Shown: positions 49,041 to 49,336 of the stretch, piece after piece
Position numbering within the stretch: the stretch's first letter is position 1
How the letters are laid out: every line of letters starts with the position of its first letter
DNA from: a virus
Lineage: Duplodnaviria; Caudoviricetes
Virus record (IMG/VR): IMGVR_UViG_3300032332_000936
Coordinates: 1-49,336 of that record
Length of the DNA stretch: 49,336 nucleotides
Direction: 5' to 3' (one strand)
Translations under genes and position numbers: made by a program
The notes under the pieces: model-generated
The model's input: the letters and a program-made list of their open reading frames with translations, nothing else
Databases searched by the model: none
What the model was told of the DNA's origin: nothing

Positions 49041-49124
49041 GCGGTAGTGGTGGAACGGTATACACAGCAGACTTAAAATCTGCCGCCGCAAGGCTTGAGG
49101 GTTCGAATCCCTCCTTCCGCACCA
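49041..49124 (+). tRNA. tRNA-Leu(UAA)
   Basis: GCAGA-CTTAAAA-TCTGC arm, variable arm GCC-GCAA-GGC, TTCGAAT loop, ACCA end. Confidence 0.92.
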
Positions 49125-49140
49125 AACAAATGGAGGCACT

Positions 49141-49281
49141 ATGAATGAAGAGCATTTATATGTTTGTATAGTTTGTGGTCATCAACATCACGAACAAACT
49201 GAAGGACGTTGGGAAGATTTGCCTGATGATTTCACTTGCCCAGAATGTGGTTGCGGCAAGGAAGATTACGAACTAGTTTAG
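49141..49281 (+). CDS. Rubredoxin-like protein 2 (46 aa), not in the ORF track
   Basis: MNEEHLYVCIVCGHQHHEQTEGRWEDLPDDFTCPECGCGKEDYELV, with GGAGG SD. Confidence 0.88.
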   Translation: MNEEHLYVCIVCGHQHHEQTEGRWEDLPDDFTCPECGCGKEDYELV

Positions 49282-49288
49282 ACTAACA

Positions 49289-49336
<48 letters not shown>

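Overview
AT-rich fragment of a large T4-like myovirus genome with every credible gene on the + strand. It reads in four blocks. (1) 1-10.4 kb: tail/fibre genes, including a 2063-aa Cys-rich 14-aa-repeat fibre with a C-terminal S74 chaperone. (2) 10.5-17.9 kb: a tightly packed cluster of tailoring enzymes (GT9-like, carbamoyltransferase, sulfotransferase, FkbM methyltransferase, GT4-like, two GT-A-like, APS kinase-HxGH fusion) behind a T4-type late promoter. (3) 18.5-34.8 kb: the T4 morphogenesis module (gp13-gp23, gp3) with inserted Mtd_N and LamG genes. (4) 34.8-49.3 kb: uvsY, uvsW, gp55, gp47/46, peptide deformylase, a DUF4338-like gene, dNMP kinase, gp45/44/62, regA and hsp20, then a tRNA array interleaved with two rubredoxins, a YkuK-like gene and GroES. 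The best candidate for an undescribed system is a late-expressed virion glycosylation/sulfation/carbamoylation pathway with its own putative PAPS supply, together with apparent Asn-motif (A/S/G-N-x, N-x-S/T) enrichment in virion proteins. Other notable items are a tRNA-Sec-like long-arm tRNA(UAU), an aberrant tRNA-Gly(UCC) and a ROSE-type thermometer upstream of hsp20. All family calls come from motif recognition by eye, not database searches.
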